Assembly: GCA_040902195.1 (NCBI GenBank)
Contig: JBBDXS010000003.1
Coordinates: 108,752-172,751 of the forward strand
Length of the DNA: 64,000 nucleotides
Reading direction: 5' to 3'
DNA from: Dehalococcoidia bacterium
Lineage (GTDB): Bacteria; Chloroflexota; Dehalococcoidia; DSTF01; RBG-16-68-14
Positions 34,506-44,697 of this stretch are shown here, in pieces (the stretch's first letter is position 1; every line of letters starts with the position of its first letter). The notes under the pieces are model-generated. The model searched no databases and was not told the origin of the DNA. It saw only the letters and a program-made list of their open reading frames with translations. The position numbers were made by a program, and so were the translations under genes.

Positions 34506-34709
34506 CGCGTGCTCCTATGCCTTCATGCGAAGCCATGCCGGGCCCCGCCAATCAATACTACTACCAGAACGTGGGGGTTAAATATACGTCGAGGAATTCG
34601 TGAAGGTCAACAGTATTATGTCGACGGCAACAATGTCGCGGAGAACTAGGGGGAATCGGGCTGACTGCCGAACTCGTTTCCCCCGGGAACTTTCTGCTTG
34701 ATCAGCGCG

Positions 34710-35075
34710 TTACCGGCGTTCACTCACAAACCAAAACCTCGCTGCAGCATCCGGTATCGCCTCATGGACAGACCGCAATGCACGGACAAGGTTTCGCATA
34801 TCTCTCCAGTCGGCGGACTCAGCGCACTCAAGGTCAGCGATCTGCTCGCGAATAGCTTGAGCAATGTCAAAGAACGAAAGCTCGACCCCTCGACCCGCTT
34901 GATAACCCCAAGCTAGGGCACCAAGCTCACTCGACGACGCCGACGAGTTCCTACAGCGTCGCAAGAATGGTACCAAGGTGGTTGCAACGAAGTCGGGCGC
35001 AGCGTCGGTGGCATAGGTTTGCGCAGCAGCTACCATGAAACCTCCATCTCCCAAATCAGCTATACATGGTGGCAA
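34710..35075 (-). CDS. Hypothetical protein
   Basis: 121-aa ORF in the same orientation as the KAS/ACP genes. No motif recognised. Confidence 0.3.
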   Translation of the reverse strand: MPPCIADLGDGGFMVAAAQTYATDAAPDFVATTLVPFLRRCRNSSASSSELGALAWGYQAGRGVELSFFDIAQAIREQIADLECAESADWRDMRNLVRALRSVHEAIPDAAARFWFVSERR

Positions 35076-35286
35076 CCCTTCGGAAATACAATATATTGGG
35101 GTAATTCTTTTGTCAATAGGAGTATACTGTTGTCATTTTCTGGGGGCAATCACCAGACGCGCTGGTGGCGGCCCCCATCCAACAGCATAGAGGCGACCAC
35201 AGGATTCCTAGTCCCGTGGTCGAAGGCGCTAGGGGCAATCAGGAAGGAGCCTCGGTCACGCTCGGTTGGACATCGGAAGAGCCTAG

Positions 35287-36528
35287 CTAGGCAGCAAAAC
35301 GCGTGAGCACCAAACAAGCATTTTGGCCGCCGAAACCGAAGCTGTTCTTCAACACGACACGAACGGGCAAGGATCTGGCCTTGTTCGGGACGTAATCGAG
35401 GTCACACTGCGGATCCGGCTTTTCGAAATTGATCGTCGGCGGGACGACGTCGCTCTTTAAAGCCATCACAGCGGCAATGGTTTCGATTGCTCCTGTCGCG
35501 CCTAGCGCGTGACCCATCATAGACTTCAGAGATGATATTGGAACACGCGCAGCGCGCTCCCCGAACGCCGATTTGATCGCTCTAGTTTCGGCCACATCAT
35601 TATGGGGAGTGGAGGTACCATGGGCGCTGATGTAATCGACATCTGCTGCGTCAATACTAGCGTCTCCCAGTGCGTGCTCAATGCATCTGGCAGCCTCCGT
35701 TCCGTTTCGTTCGGGGATAACTAAGTGGTGTGCATCGCACGTTTGAGCATAGCCCGAAATCTCGGCGAGAATCGGGGCGCCGCGCGACAGCGCGTGTTCG
35801 AGTTCCTCGATTGCCAGCATGGCCGCTCCTTCAGCGAGCACAAACCCATCGCGACCAGAATCAAACGGCCGGCTTGCGCGCTCAGGCTGGCCATTTCTTG
35901 TGGACAGTGCACGGAGAAGGCAGAACCCGATCATGCCGGAGAATGTCACTCCAGCTTCGGTGCCGCCGGCCAGGACAACGTCCGCTTCGTCATGCCGAAT
36001 GAGACGCACTGCTTCACCAATCGCTTGGGTCGAGGAGACACATGCGGCAACTAAGGTCATGACCGGCCCTTTTGCGCCGGTCAGGATTGCTAGGTTGGAG
36101 GCTGCCGCATCGGGTAATAACTTGAGCAAAGCGAGTCGGTCACTTGTATCCCAGACCTTGTCAATGAATATCTGTGGGTAATTCCCTATGACGCCAAGAC
36201 CACCTCCGCCATTGCCTAGCACGATGCCTAGCCGTTCAGGTTGAACTGCACCTATTGCACCTGAATGATGCAGGGCTTCGTTCGCCGAGGCGATCGCGAA
36301 CTGCGTGAATCGGTCCGTTCGCCCGATCAACTTTTCGCTCATATGGCGCTGCGGCTGGAAGCCTCGCACTTCGCCAGCAATCCGACTAGGTAAATTGGAT
36401 GCGTCGAAGGCAGCTATCTGTCGAACAGCAGAACGCCCGGCGACGCATGATGCCCAAAACGCATCCACGTCGCACCCGAGGGGAGATATGACACCCATTC
36501 CCGTGATTACTACTCGTCGCCTGGTCAT
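35287..36528 (-). CDS. fabF: Beta-ketoacyl-ACP synthase II
   Basis: RRVVITGMGVISPLG. Active-site ACVSSTQAIGEA (Cys), ISAHGTSTPHND (His) and MMGHALGATGAIE (His). C-terminal NSFGFGGQNA. Confidence 0.9.
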   Translation of the reverse strand: MTRRRVVITGMGVISPLGCDVDAFWASCVAGRSAVRQIAAFDASNLPSRIAGEVRGFQPQRHMSEKLIGRTDRFTQFAIASANEALHHSGAIGAVQPERLGIVLGNGGGGLGVIGNYPQIFIDKVWDTSDRLALLKLLPDAAASNLAILTGAKGPVMTLVAACVSSTQAIGEAVRLIRHDEADVVLAGGTEAGVTFSGMIGFCLLRALSTRNGQPERASRPFDSGRDGFVLAEGAAMLAIEELEHALSRGAPILAEISGYAQTCDAHHLVIPERNGTEAARCIEHALGDASIDAADVDYISAHGTSTPHNDVAETRAIKSAFGERAARVPISSLKSMMGHALGATGAIETIAAVMALKSDVVPPTINFEKPDPQCDLDYVPNKARSLPVRVVLKNSFGFGGQNACLVLTRFAA

Positions 36529-36549
36529 TACCGTAGTGGCAAGACTCTC

Positions 36550-36828
36550 TCAACGCCGACAGAGGTACGCAACAATCCTGTCTACCGTTGCGAAGTCTTC
36601 AAAGTTGATGTCCTGAGACGGCATACTGATGTCAAGTTGGCGCTCTATCGCCATAGCTATCTCCAGGGCATCGAGCGAATCAAGGCCGAGGTTTTCAGAC
36701 CCGTCCTGGTTTAGATCGAAGAGCAGCATGTTGTCCGGTACGTCTGCGGGCAAGAGAGCGCCCTCTTTGAGTCTACTAATCTCTTGCTTCAAGAAGACTC
36801 GGATTTCGCTGTCGCGGGTGGTATTCAT
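36550..36828 (-). CDS. Acyl carrier protein
   Basis: LGLDSLDALEIAMAIERQLDISMP is the DSL phosphopantetheine attachment motif. Lies 21 nt upstream of the KAS gene. Confidence 0.85.
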   Translation of the reverse strand: MNTTRDSEIRVFLKQEISRLKEGALLPADVPDNMLLFDLNQDGSENLGLDSLDALEIAMAIERQLDISMPSQDINFEDFATVDRIVAYLCRR

Positions 36829-37104
36829 TCTCCCGTCAATCGGTTCCAGCTGCCGACCAGGAACCCAAGTGCCCTCAGTGGCGTCGAAAAAGCCGAAGTC
36901 GGCCTTTCAGCTTAGAGAGCTCTTCGGGAACCTGTCAAGCTTCGCTTGACAGGTTCGAAAGCGAGATGCTAGGATCCGTCCACCCCAGGCGCGACTCGCT
37001 TGCGTTTCGGTCCCTCCTAGATTGTGGTGGTGGCACTTGTCAAACCAAGCTCTTCAGGCTCTTGACCGTTCGAAAAGCCCGTCGTCTCGTGCAGGCTTAG
37101 ATCC

Positions 37105-37860
37105 ATGGACGCAATAGGGTCGCCTCCCGAGGAGTCAGACGGCGACGCGCTCGTGGCGAACGAGGTGTCCGGATTGGCTCGACCTGGTCGCGAAGAGGTG
37201 TCGAAGTCGAATGACTTGCAGGATTGGCAAGAGGGTTCATGCCACGTACCGGAAGCAATTAGCGGACGCTGGGCTTATCTGAGACCTTACCGTGACTCAG
37301 ACTTTCCCTACTTCTATGCGTGGCGCACGGATCTACGGGAGTACGGGCTCTGGAAGTCCAAGGTTGCTCCGACGGAGGAGGAGTACGCCGCAGAGCTCGC
37401 TACGCTCCGGTCGCGTTCCGTAGTTCTCACCGTGATTGATCGAGTATCGAGCAAACCAATTGGCCTCGCTCAGGCCTACGACTTCAGTATGGAGGACGGC
37501 TGGACATCGTGCTTGGGCTATATTGAACCGGCCTTTAGGGTTCGCGGTCATGGCGCGGAGGCCGGGTTACTCTTTGCTGATTACCTGTTCAGTTCCTTCC
37601 CAATTCGAAAGGTATATGCTGACGTCTTGGAGTTCAATGGGTCGGTCCTGCGCACGCTTCAGGGCATAGGGTTTGTTGTTGAGGGCAGACGATCCGAGCA
37701 CGGCTTCTTCCAAGGCAAGTATTGGGATCTATTCCATTTGGCGCTTACAAGAACGCGCTGGAACGACGTGCGTAATCGACGATTTCGGAACCTGGTTACG
37801 CTGCCGTTCGGATTTGAGCAGGACGGGGTGGATGACACGTCATGGCAGCCGCGCTCCTGA
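37105..37860 (+). CDS. GNAT-family N-acetyltransferase (RimJ/RimL-like)
   Basis: LRPYRDSDFPYFYAW...IGLAQAY...VRGHGAEAGLLFADYLF...VYADVLEFNGSVLRTLQGIGF has the layout of Acetyltransf_3-type GNATs. Confidence 0.65.
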   Translation: MDAIGSPPEESDGDALVANEVSGLARPGREEVSKSNDLQDWQEGSCHVPEAISGRWAYLRPYRDSDFPYFYAWRTDLREYGLWKSKVAPTEEEYAAELATLRSRSVVLTVIDRVSSKPIGLAQAYDFSMEDGWTSCLGYIEPAFRVRGHGAEAGLLFADYLFSSFPIRKVYADVLEFNGSVLRTLQGIGFVVEGRRSEHGFFQGKYWDLFHLALTRTRWNDVRNRRFRNLVTLPFGFEQDGVDDTSWQPRS

Positions 37861-38435
37861 CCCTAGCGTCATTGGCCCTAGGGGCAGTTTTCCTATCGTC
37901 AGCAGTCTGGAAGGCGATGCACCCGAATGCCTTTCGGCGGTCACTAACAGCCTACGGGCTGAGGGGAATCTCACTGTTGGCCGTGGGTGTTCCAGCTATC
38001 GAAGCAATCGTGGCAATGGGTCTACTGGCGGGACCGTGGCGTCAGGAGAGCGCCGCAATCGCGGCTGCTCTGCTCGCGGCCTTCACCGGGGTCATGGCTT
38101 ATGTGCTAGTTACAAAAGGGGCGGTGCCATGCGGGTGCGGTGGCCTGCTTGGATCCGAACCCGTTGGTTGGAGCAGCGTTTTGCGCAATTTCATGTTGTT
38201 GGGTACTGCGTTCTCACTAATGCTCTTGGCCGGGCCGGTACACCTTGCAGGGTTGAATTCCGTCGTTGAGGATCCCTCTTCCGTGGCGAGTATGGTCTGG
38301 ACGGCTGGAGGCGTCGTGATCCTTGGCGCGTCTGTAGCGGTTGGCACTCTTCAATCAGAGAGGGGACGTGGAATTCACCAGCATCAGCTTCGAAAGGAAG
38401 TCGTACATGAACGCTTTACAGCCGAGCGGAACTGA
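37842..38435 (+). CDS. MauE/DoxX-family redox-associated membrane protein
   Basis: Four TM helices. AVFLSSAVWKAMHPNAFRRSLTAYGL plus a CGCGG motif, as in MauE-like proteins. Confidence 0.6.
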   Translation: MAAALLTLASLALGAVFLSSAVWKAMHPNAFRRSLTAYGLRGISLLAVGVPAIEAIVAMGLLAGPWRQESAAIAAALLAAFTGVMAYVLVTKGAVPCGCGGLLGSEPVGWSSVLRNFMLLGTAFSLMLLAGPVHLAGLNSVVEDPSSVASMVWTAGGVVILGASVAVGTLQSERGRGIHQHQLRKEVVHERFTAERN

Positions 38436-39879
38436 CCACTCACCGAGATCGAGTAGGAGAACGTTTCTTACTCGCAGTCTATATTGGCTGGCCGGGATTG
38501 CATCGTTTGTGATGCTCGGCAGGAAGATCACGGTTCCAGTATCGACCGCGTCAGCGCTACCGGCCGAGCTGCAGCCGGGGGTCGCAGAACTAATAGGGGG
38601 AACTTTTCTAGAGCACGCGGCCGGGCTTCCCGATCCAAGTGAGCGTGCCTCGACCCTGAAGATGGTCCTAGATGGCGCGAGGAGTGGGGTACAGGGTCTT
38701 TTGGCCGAAGCAGAGGCTCTCATGCGAGCAGCTGTCGCGGACGATCCGCAGAGCCGAACTGCTCATGCAGGACTCGCACGCGTCCTGCAAGAGCGCTATC
38801 GGACAGAAGGTGCGTCTAACCTGATCGAGGAGGCAGTCAGCGAAGCGACCACCGCCGATCGGATTGGTGCCTTGAATGGTCAGGTAAGATACGGATACTA
38901 CATAGGTCATACGGCGGATCAGCTGCCGGACAGATCGCTGTTTGACGCCTACTTTGACGAGATACTCCCAGAATTCGAGTCGTATACCACGTTGCTAGGG
39001 TACGGAGTTGGCCTCCGACTACTCGGAGACTCCCTAGCGGAGGAGGTTCTACGTTCCGCGCACGAATTGCGGCCGCGCGGGCATTCTGATCCGGCAGTGG
39101 AGGTTGCCCTATTTCTGCTCAGCCAGGATCGCGTCCAAGATGCCCTCGCTGCGGTTTCGACTCCGAATATTGGTGATATCGAGATGCGGAGCGACTTCGT
39201 CCACCTGGTTCGCGGGGTTGCCCTTGAAAGACTTGGACAGGTCGATGCGGCTCGGGAGGAGTATGCGGTCTACGCTCCTAAGACGGTCGGCCGTCCCGTT
39301 CCGCCCGAGTTGTTGATTGAAGGAAGCGACGCACAGCGAATCTTGCTTCCCGTGGCGGGAGGAGCCTGTGCGCACACCGGCGATGAAGCGATTGCGAAGC
39401 TAGCACGGATCATAACGGCCGAAGCCGGGTCGGAAAGCATTGGATCAATGAGGGCTGTTGGCTGGACGGTGCGCACAAGGGTATTTCGAGGAGCGCCCTG
39501 CTGTGGTGGCATCCAAAACGGCGGAGATTGTGTTGCGGACAAGTACTGGACCGTGATGACACAGTCGGGGCAATTCCCCTATTGGGTCGAGCCACCTTCC
39601 AACACGGCCCGTAGTCAAGCAGATGCCACGTACCTGGGGCTGATACCCGATCCGACATCGGGGCAATGTGTCAATGGAACCACCGTATCCAACCGCTGCG
39701 AGGGATATTGCGACCCGCCATGGTACGTGGACGGAGCCTTTCAGGGTGGCCCGGTGTACTTCTACGGGGGCGTCTCGTCATGTCAGGGATCTCAGTTCGA
39801 GTGTGCGGCTGTGCTTGGTACAACATGTAGCGACGGCCTCTTTCCTAACAACTGCTTCAGTAGGGACGGGCCGTGCTAG
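38407..39879 (+). CDS. Secreted helical-repeat protein with a SleB-like cell-wall hydrolase domain and Cys-rich tail
   Basis: Tat-like SRRTFLTRS plus a TM/signal sequence. AIAKLARIITAEAGSESIGSMRAVGWTVRTRVF resembles the Hydrolase_2 (SleB/CwlJ) motif. The last ~120 aa contain over 12 Cys. Start moved to the ATG at 38407. Confidence 0.5.
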   Translation: MNALQPSGTDHSPRSSRRTFLTRSLYWLAGIASFVMLGRKITVPVSTASALPAELQPGVAELIGGTFLEHAAGLPDPSERASTLKMVLDGARSGVQGLLAEAEALMRAAVADDPQSRTAHAGLARVLQERYRTEGASNLIEEAVSEATTADRIGALNGQVRYGYYIGHTADQLPDRSLFDAYFDEILPEFESYTTLLGYGVGLRLLGDSLAEEVLRSAHELRPRGHSDPAVEVALFLLSQDRVQDALAAVSTPNIGDIEMRSDFVHLVRGVALERLGQVDAAREEYAVYAPKTVGRPVPPELLIEGSDAQRILLPVAGGACAHTGDEAIAKLARIITAEAGSESIGSMRAVGWTVRTRVFRGAPCCGGIQNGGDCVADKYWTVMTQSGQFPYWVEPPSNTARSQADATYLGLIPDPTSGQCVNGTTVSNRCEGYCDPPWYVDGAFQGGPVYFYGGVSSCQGSQFECAAVLGTTCSDGLFPNNCFSRDGPC

Positions 39880-39961
39880 AAGGCTAGTAACACCATAGTT
39901 GCCAAGGCCTTTGCGCTCATGTGGTTTGGTGGGGCCACAGGCCATTGCAGTTCGTCAAGCA

Positions 39962-41260
39962 TCACGGAGCGGTTGGCCTCCAAGCTATGTCGGCAACCGG
40001 ATCTGCGGATTCCGGCTGCTCCACGACTTGAAGGCTGTTGGCCTCCAGTACGAAGACCCGTCTGGTGTCGTTATCTATATACGCGATGGCCTTCCCGGAG
40101 GGCGCCCAGAGTACGCGGTACGCGACCACGTCATCAACCTGGCGCAGATCATCTCCTGATGGAGATACCACCCATAGGCCGGCTGGGTTGGCGTATTTGG
40201 CGGAAGAGATTAGGTTGATGAGAATGCGTGTGCCGTCTGGAGACCATTGCGCTGACTGTGCGGGCAGAAACTGCGCCTGGTACTGCATTACCGAGACCGC
40301 TTGACGGCCAACCAAGCTGACGACGGCATAACCTTGGGTAGTTGGCTCCTCTTCGCCCACCGGACCCTCAGACTGAGCGAAATAGACCACGAGTTCGTCT
40401 GTCGTTGGAGACCATGCCGGGGCGTCAACATAGACAGCATCTGGCAAGCCTAGATCAGCGGGGGACAAAGAGTTCGTCGTCTGACTGCTTAGGTCGTATA
40501 TTTCGATGTTGCCAGCAGACCCGTAGGCTATCATGCTCCCGTCTGGGGACCAGGATGACGGCCAAGTCATGGGGCTTTGGCCAACTACCTGATAGTCTGA
40601 GCCGTCTGCACTGATAAGCGTGAGCGAGCCACCGTACGGCGGTTCGTCCAGGAGACCGGTCGACGCATGGCTTGCTGTGGCCAGACGTGACCCGTCGGGT
40701 GACCAACGAGGCCACCCCTCTATGCGGTCGGATGTCTCAGTGAGCTGACGCAGCTGAACTTCGGCATCCACTAAGAAGACATCCCCGCCGCTGACGAAAG
40801 CCAGGCTAGAGCCGTCATGGCTCCATTGAAGATCCGAGACCATCGCTGGCAACGTTGGCAACGCCGATCCCTCAACTCTACCGCCTGCTACGAACGTCAA
40901 GATGGGGTTGCCACTCTCAGGTTGGATTGTCAGGGCCTCGGCCCTGCGGGTAACCGAGCCTCCACCTTTTAGGCCGTTGAGAACCAGGAGGATCGCCCCC
41001 GACGCGAAAGCCAGGACCAGAACGGCGGCAATGGACACAACCCACTGGCGACGGTGCATACGCGGGCGCTGGGCAGTCGAACGAGAAGTAACTCGCGCCC
41101 AGACGCGTCGGCGCGCATCGTTGGGTTCCTCTCCGAGAGCAGCCCGCAACCTATTGGCGAGAGTCAGGAGGCTTTGATCTCGTACGATTACGCTTGCTCG
41201 ATGGGTTGCCCCATCGAGGCTGCTAGCGATGATGTCCGCCTGTCTCTGCTCTTCGTTCAT
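39962..41260 (-). CDS. Anti-sigma factor-like membrane protein with PD40 beta-propeller ectodomain
   Basis: Overlaps the ECF sigma gene by 4 nt. Single TM helix (WVVSIAAVLVLAFASGAILLVL), then repeated WSPDGS/WSHDGS motifs. Confidence 0.6.
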   Translation of the reverse strand: MNEEQRQADIIASSLDGATHRASVIVRDQSLLTLANRLRAALGEEPNDARRRVWARVTSRSTAQRPRMHRRQWVVSIAAVLVLAFASGAILLVLNGLKGGGSVTRRAEALTIQPESGNPILTFVAGGRVEGSALPTLPAMVSDLQWSHDGSSLAFVSGGDVFLVDAEVQLRQLTETSDRIEGWPRWSPDGSRLATASHASTGLLDEPPYGGSLTLISADGSDYQVVGQSPMTWPSSWSPDGSMIAYGSAGNIEIYDLSSQTTNSLSPADLGLPDAVYVDAPAWSPTTDELVVYFAQSEGPVGEEEPTTQGYAVVSLVGRQAVSVMQYQAQFLPAQSAQWSPDGTRILINLISSAKYANPAGLWVVSPSGDDLRQVDDVVAYRVLWAPSGKAIAYIDNDTRRVFVLEANSLQVVEQPESADPVADIAWRPTAP

Positions 41261-41826
41261 TCGAACTTGACACCATCCTCTTCTGCGGTTTCTCGAAGCG
41301 CTCGGAGCGCGCGATAGAGTAGCATCTTAACTGCAGACTCCCTCTTCCCGACCACTTCAGCGATCTCCCTTGTGGTTAATTCGCCGGCGAACTTCAGGGT
41401 CACCACGTTCTTCTGGGCTGGCGTCAAGTGCTCAACAAGCCGCCACAGCGATTCTCTCAGGTCAACGCGACTAAGCTCTTCGGCGGCCGCTGGGTCTGAT
41501 TTCCCAACATGGTCAATGGATCGGACAGAGCGGTGCGAACGATAGTAATTGACAACCTCGTTGTGAGCGATACGAAACAGCCACGCCCTAAACGACGCCG
41601 TGCGTCGACTTTCAAGCGAACGCAAGACTTTGAAAAATGTCTCCGCCGTGACATCTTCCGCTGCCGCCATGCTTGGCACACGTGACCTGACGTATCGAAA
41701 GACCGCCGAAAAGTTACTATCGTACAACGCGGCGAAGTCATCATCGGCTGTTACCGAAGGAACATCTTGCCTCGAGTCGTGAACGGACCGCCCAAACACT
41801 ACTTGTCGCAATATCTCCCTGCCCAA
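41257..41826 (-). CDS. ECF-type RNA polymerase sigma-70 family factor
   Basis: Region 2 FSAVFRYVRSRV...AEDVTAETFFKV...AWLFRIAHNEVVNYYR. Region 4 LTPAQKNVVTLKFAGELTTREIAEVVGKRESAVKMLLYRALRAL. Confidence 0.85.
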   Translation of the reverse strand: MGREILRQVVFGRSVHDSRQDVPSVTADDDFAALYDSNFSAVFRYVRSRVPSMAAAEDVTAETFFKVLRSLESRRTASFRAWLFRIAHNEVVNYYRSHRSVRSIDHVGKSDPAAAEELSRVDLRESLWRLVEHLTPAQKNVVTLKFAGELTTREIAEVVGKRESAVKMLLYRALRALRETAEEDGVKFE

Positions 41827-42058
41827 TAGACGGTTCAGGCACCAGAATGGTAACGTCGTAAGCGGGTTCCTTTCAAGGCGATCTTCGATCTACATGATTA
41901 CGCTACGGAGCCCTTGCGGTCATGCGTGACGGTCAACTAAAATCCCCTCGTCATCCCGCGTCGGGTGACGACGAGAAGACTCGGCGCGCGATGAGCCCTC
42001 CAGGGCGCACTTTCCGAATCTGGAGCGTTCTCGTAGAACGGGCCGAGTACCTGCGAGC

Positions 42059-42103
42059 CTTCTAATCCGCAGGTTGCAGGTTCGAGTCCTGCCGGGGACG
42101 CCA
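42059..42103 (+). repeat. Direct repeat of the tRNA-Arg(UCU) 3' 45 nt (attR of element 1 / attL of element 2)
   Basis: cttctaatccgcaggttgcaggttcgagtcctgccggggacgcca is identical to 11213-11257. The base before it differs from the tRNA, so the 5' half is absent. Confidence 0.85.
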
Positions 42104-42291
42104 GACACTCAATTTCGTATCTGAAATTGACGGAACGCCGCCCTCCGAAGGCTCTTCGCGTGGCTCGATGACCAGCGGATTCGTCCAGCGTTTCCGTGCG
42201 GTCAAAACCAGTCCCCTCGTCGTTTGCCCGACCAGCACTGACTGCGAAAGGAGGCAGTGGAACAATGGTCGCACGACGGAGGTGGTAGCAC

Positions 42292-43329
42292 GTGTACAAG
42301 TCAGTGGTCACGCTGGAACGGCTCAAAGAGGCCTACGCGGTCTACAACCAAGTGGTAGGCAAGTCGCCCAGGACCATCCAGTGGTACAACCAGAAGCTCG
42401 AGCTCTTCGAGCGCTTCCTGGGCGACGGCTGCGAGCTAGCTGATTTCACGCTGGAGTCGGCCCGGGCCTACATCGCAGACCTGCAGAACCGGCGGGCCAG
42501 GTACGAGCGAAACGGGTACGTCAAGGACAAGAGCGGCACGTTGTCGAGCGCCTACATCCAGGGCTTCGCGCGCGCATTGCGGGCGTTCTCGACCTGGCTC
42601 AACCAGGAGGGCTACACCGACACCAACGTCCTACAGCCGCTCAAGCCGCCGCGCATCCAGCGCAAGGTGATCCAGCCGCTCACAGACGAGGAGGTCGGAC
42701 GCATCCTCGGACGGCTTAAGCAGAACGACCCCTATGCTGCCCGCGCTTACGCCATGATCTGGACGTTGCTCGACACCGGCCTCAGGGCCTCCGAGCTCTG
42801 TGGCCTCCGCGTCGAAGACATGCACATCGAGAAGCAGGGGTTCCTGAAAGTGTTAGGCAAGGGCAACAAGGAGCGTCTCGTGCCGATCGGCACGCGGACG
42901 ATGTCGGTCTTGCTCCGCTGGCGCGACGTGTTTCGGCCGATGTACGACGAGCTGGACAGCCCCTACCTCTTCCTGGCCCGGGAGGGCCGGTCACTGACGA
43001 CGACCGCCCTACAGGAGGTGGTCAAGCGTGCTGGTAGGAATTCAGGCGTCCCGCGCGTGCACTGCCACCTCCTCCGCCACACGTTCGCAACGAACTGCTT
43101 GGTGAAGGAAGTAGGGGACCCGCTCCGCCTGCAACAGATTTTAGGACACGAAACTCTTGAGATGGTTCGCCACTACGTGGCCATGGCTAGCGTCGAGCAG
43201 AGCCTGCTGGAGAGGCGAGCGTCACCAATGGACTTGTTCGCAAAAACCATGCCGGGGCGTGACGAACGCGCACGACCACCTGAACTTGCCGGAACAGAAG
43301 CCAATGCTGGTGCAGCTGCCCCAACGTGA
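42292..43329 (+). CDS. Tyrosine-type site-specific recombinase/integrase (paralog of 11446-12447)
   Basis: Collinear with integrase 1 (TLERLKEAYAVYNQVVGKSPRTIQWY...LDTGLRASEL...HLLRHTFATN...LGHETLEMVRHY). The ~190-bp upstream leader is also conserved. Confidence 0.9.
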   Translation: MYKSVVTLERLKEAYAVYNQVVGKSPRTIQWYNQKLELFERFLGDGCELADFTLESARAYIADLQNRRARYERNGYVKDKSGTLSSAYIQGFARALRAFSTWLNQEGYTDTNVLQPLKPPRIQRKVIQPLTDEEVGRILGRLKQNDPYAARAYAMIWTLLDTGLRASELCGLRVEDMHIEKQGFLKVLGKGNKERLVPIGTRTMSVLLRWRDVFRPMYDELDSPYLFLAREGRSLTTTALQEVVKRAGRNSGVPRVHCHLLRHTFATNCLVKEVGDPLRLQQILGHETLEMVRHYVAMASVEQSLLERRASPMDLFAKTMPGRDERARPPELAGTEANAGAAAPT

Positions 43330-43527
43330 TCGATGTCTACGATACGAGAAACGCCAACCAGATACCCGCGAGCAAGACAATAACCAGCAAGACAACGAAC
43401 GCAACCACCCACAGCCGAACGCTGGGATGCAGAAGCAGTGGAATGAGGTCCTCCGCTGGAGGACCAACACCGACCCGATTCGAAATACGCCAACTCCACG
43501 GCATCGTTGGACCTGTTTTAGCGCCCG

Positions 43528-44697
43528 TTACTCCAGCGTGCGGATTACCGCACCGAGACGCTCAGCTGCACCTCGGAAGGCACTCGGATCCCGCGCCAAG
43601 GCAATTCGAATGTACTTCGCACCTTGCCACCGATGATCCCAGAAGAAATTGTAGCCCGAAAGCACATGTACACCATTCTCCTCCAACCTGTTCACGAGCT
43701 CTGCGGCTGACGTCTTGGCATGAATCTTCGCCCAGGAAAGACTCATGAATGGTTCCTCGACGGGCTGGAGAAAAGTCCCATCAAGCTCTTCGTAAAGCTT
43801 CTTGCGATTCGCCGCTATCTGACCTCGGACATGCCGCAGGTCGTCGCCAATCGAGTCGTCAATAAAGCTCGTGAGGAGTGATAATGTGAACGGTGAAACG
43901 TGAAGAATGAAGTCGGTATGAATCTTTGACAGACGACTAGCGATGCCGGTACTGGCCGCCAGGATTCCGATCTTCAACTCATGAGTCGGCCATGTCTTTC
44001 CCGTGTCTTCAATTACTACGTACTCGATTCCCGCATCGTTTAGAAGGCTGTATTGATCCCACTCAAAAGACTCGTCGAAGAATCTGAATGAGCAGTCGAT
44101 GACTAGAAGGGTCCTATTTCTTCGACTAAAGTCTAGTAGCAGCTCAAAATTCTGTCTTGATATCGTCGTACCCGTCGGGTTGTTCGGCGCCACTATCGCA
44201 ATCGCGCGCGTCGATACGTTCTTCAACGCGTCAGGGAAGGCATCCGACGCCAAAGAGCGATCAGGTAAGCTGTGTAGCGCTACCCCGTGCCGCTTATAAA
44301 TGTCGGCTAGGTTGTCGAATGCCGGCTCGATGAGCGTGAGATCGAGGTGGTGCAACCTCAAGTAGTTGGCCACAATCTCAATGGCCATTGACGCGGAATG
44401 ACAGAGAAGATACTTGGTGTGTTCACCGTCCACTGACTGCTTAGCCAGGCCGTAGAAGCTCTGAAGGAAGGCCGCCTCGAGATCCTGCTGATGCTCCCTC
44501 GAGACTGACAAGAACCGTTGGCTCAGGCTTTTGATTATCGCCAACTGCCTGTCGGACCAGAGCTGATGCACGTGGCCGTCGGTCAGATTGAAGGGCTCCG
44601 GCAATGCCGGCAGCTCTTGCTCTGTGAGGTTCCTTCTGCGCCGAGCCAACATACCATACGGATCCCGCCGACCAGCGCCCGTTATTCTATTCTTCAT
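43528..44697 (-). CDS. PLP-dependent aminotransferase class I/II-like protein
   Basis: IAIVAPNNPTGTTI, LLVIDCSFRFF and EDTGKTWPTHELKIG (candidate PLP-lysine context) fit the fold-type I aminotransferase layout. Confidence 0.65.
   Translation of the reverse strand: MKNRITGAGRRDPYGMLARRRRNLTEQELPALPEPFNLTDGHVHQLWSDRQLAIIKSLSQRFLSVSREHQQDLEAAFLQSFYGLAKQSVDGEHTKYLLCHSASMAIEIVANYLRLHHLDLTLIEPAFDNLADIYKRHGVALHSLPDRSLASDAFPDALKNVSTRAIAIVAPNNPTGTTISRQNFELLLDFSRRNRTLLVIDCSFRFFDESFEWDQYSLLNDAGIEYVVIEDTGKTWPTHELKIGILAASTGIASRLSKIHTDFILHVSPFTLSLLTSFIDDSIGDDLRHVRGQIAANRKKLYEELDGTFLQPVEEPFMSLSWAKIHAKTSAAELVNRLEENGVHVLSGYNFFWDHRWQGAKYIRIALARDPSAFRGAAERLGAVIRTLE

Larger units (their letters stand above)
11258..42058. 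mobile_element. Integrative element 1 (~30.8 kb) at tRNA-Arg(UCU); ICE/IME-like genomic island
   Basis: Bounded by the intact tRNA (3' 45 nt at 11213-11257) and an identical 45-nt direct copy at 42059-42103. Contains an integrase, Xis-like gene, Replic_Relax gene, T4CP-like ATPase and Rep-like gene. Visibly lower GC than the flanks. Confidence 0.8.

Noticed and set aside
35076-35286. An AT-rich gap with TTGACA-like and TATATT-like hexamers on both strands, considered as a promoter for the 34710-35075 gene.
   Set aside because: The spacer lengths are poor (15 or 20 nt) for every hexamer pairing I tried, so there is not enough support to annotate it.
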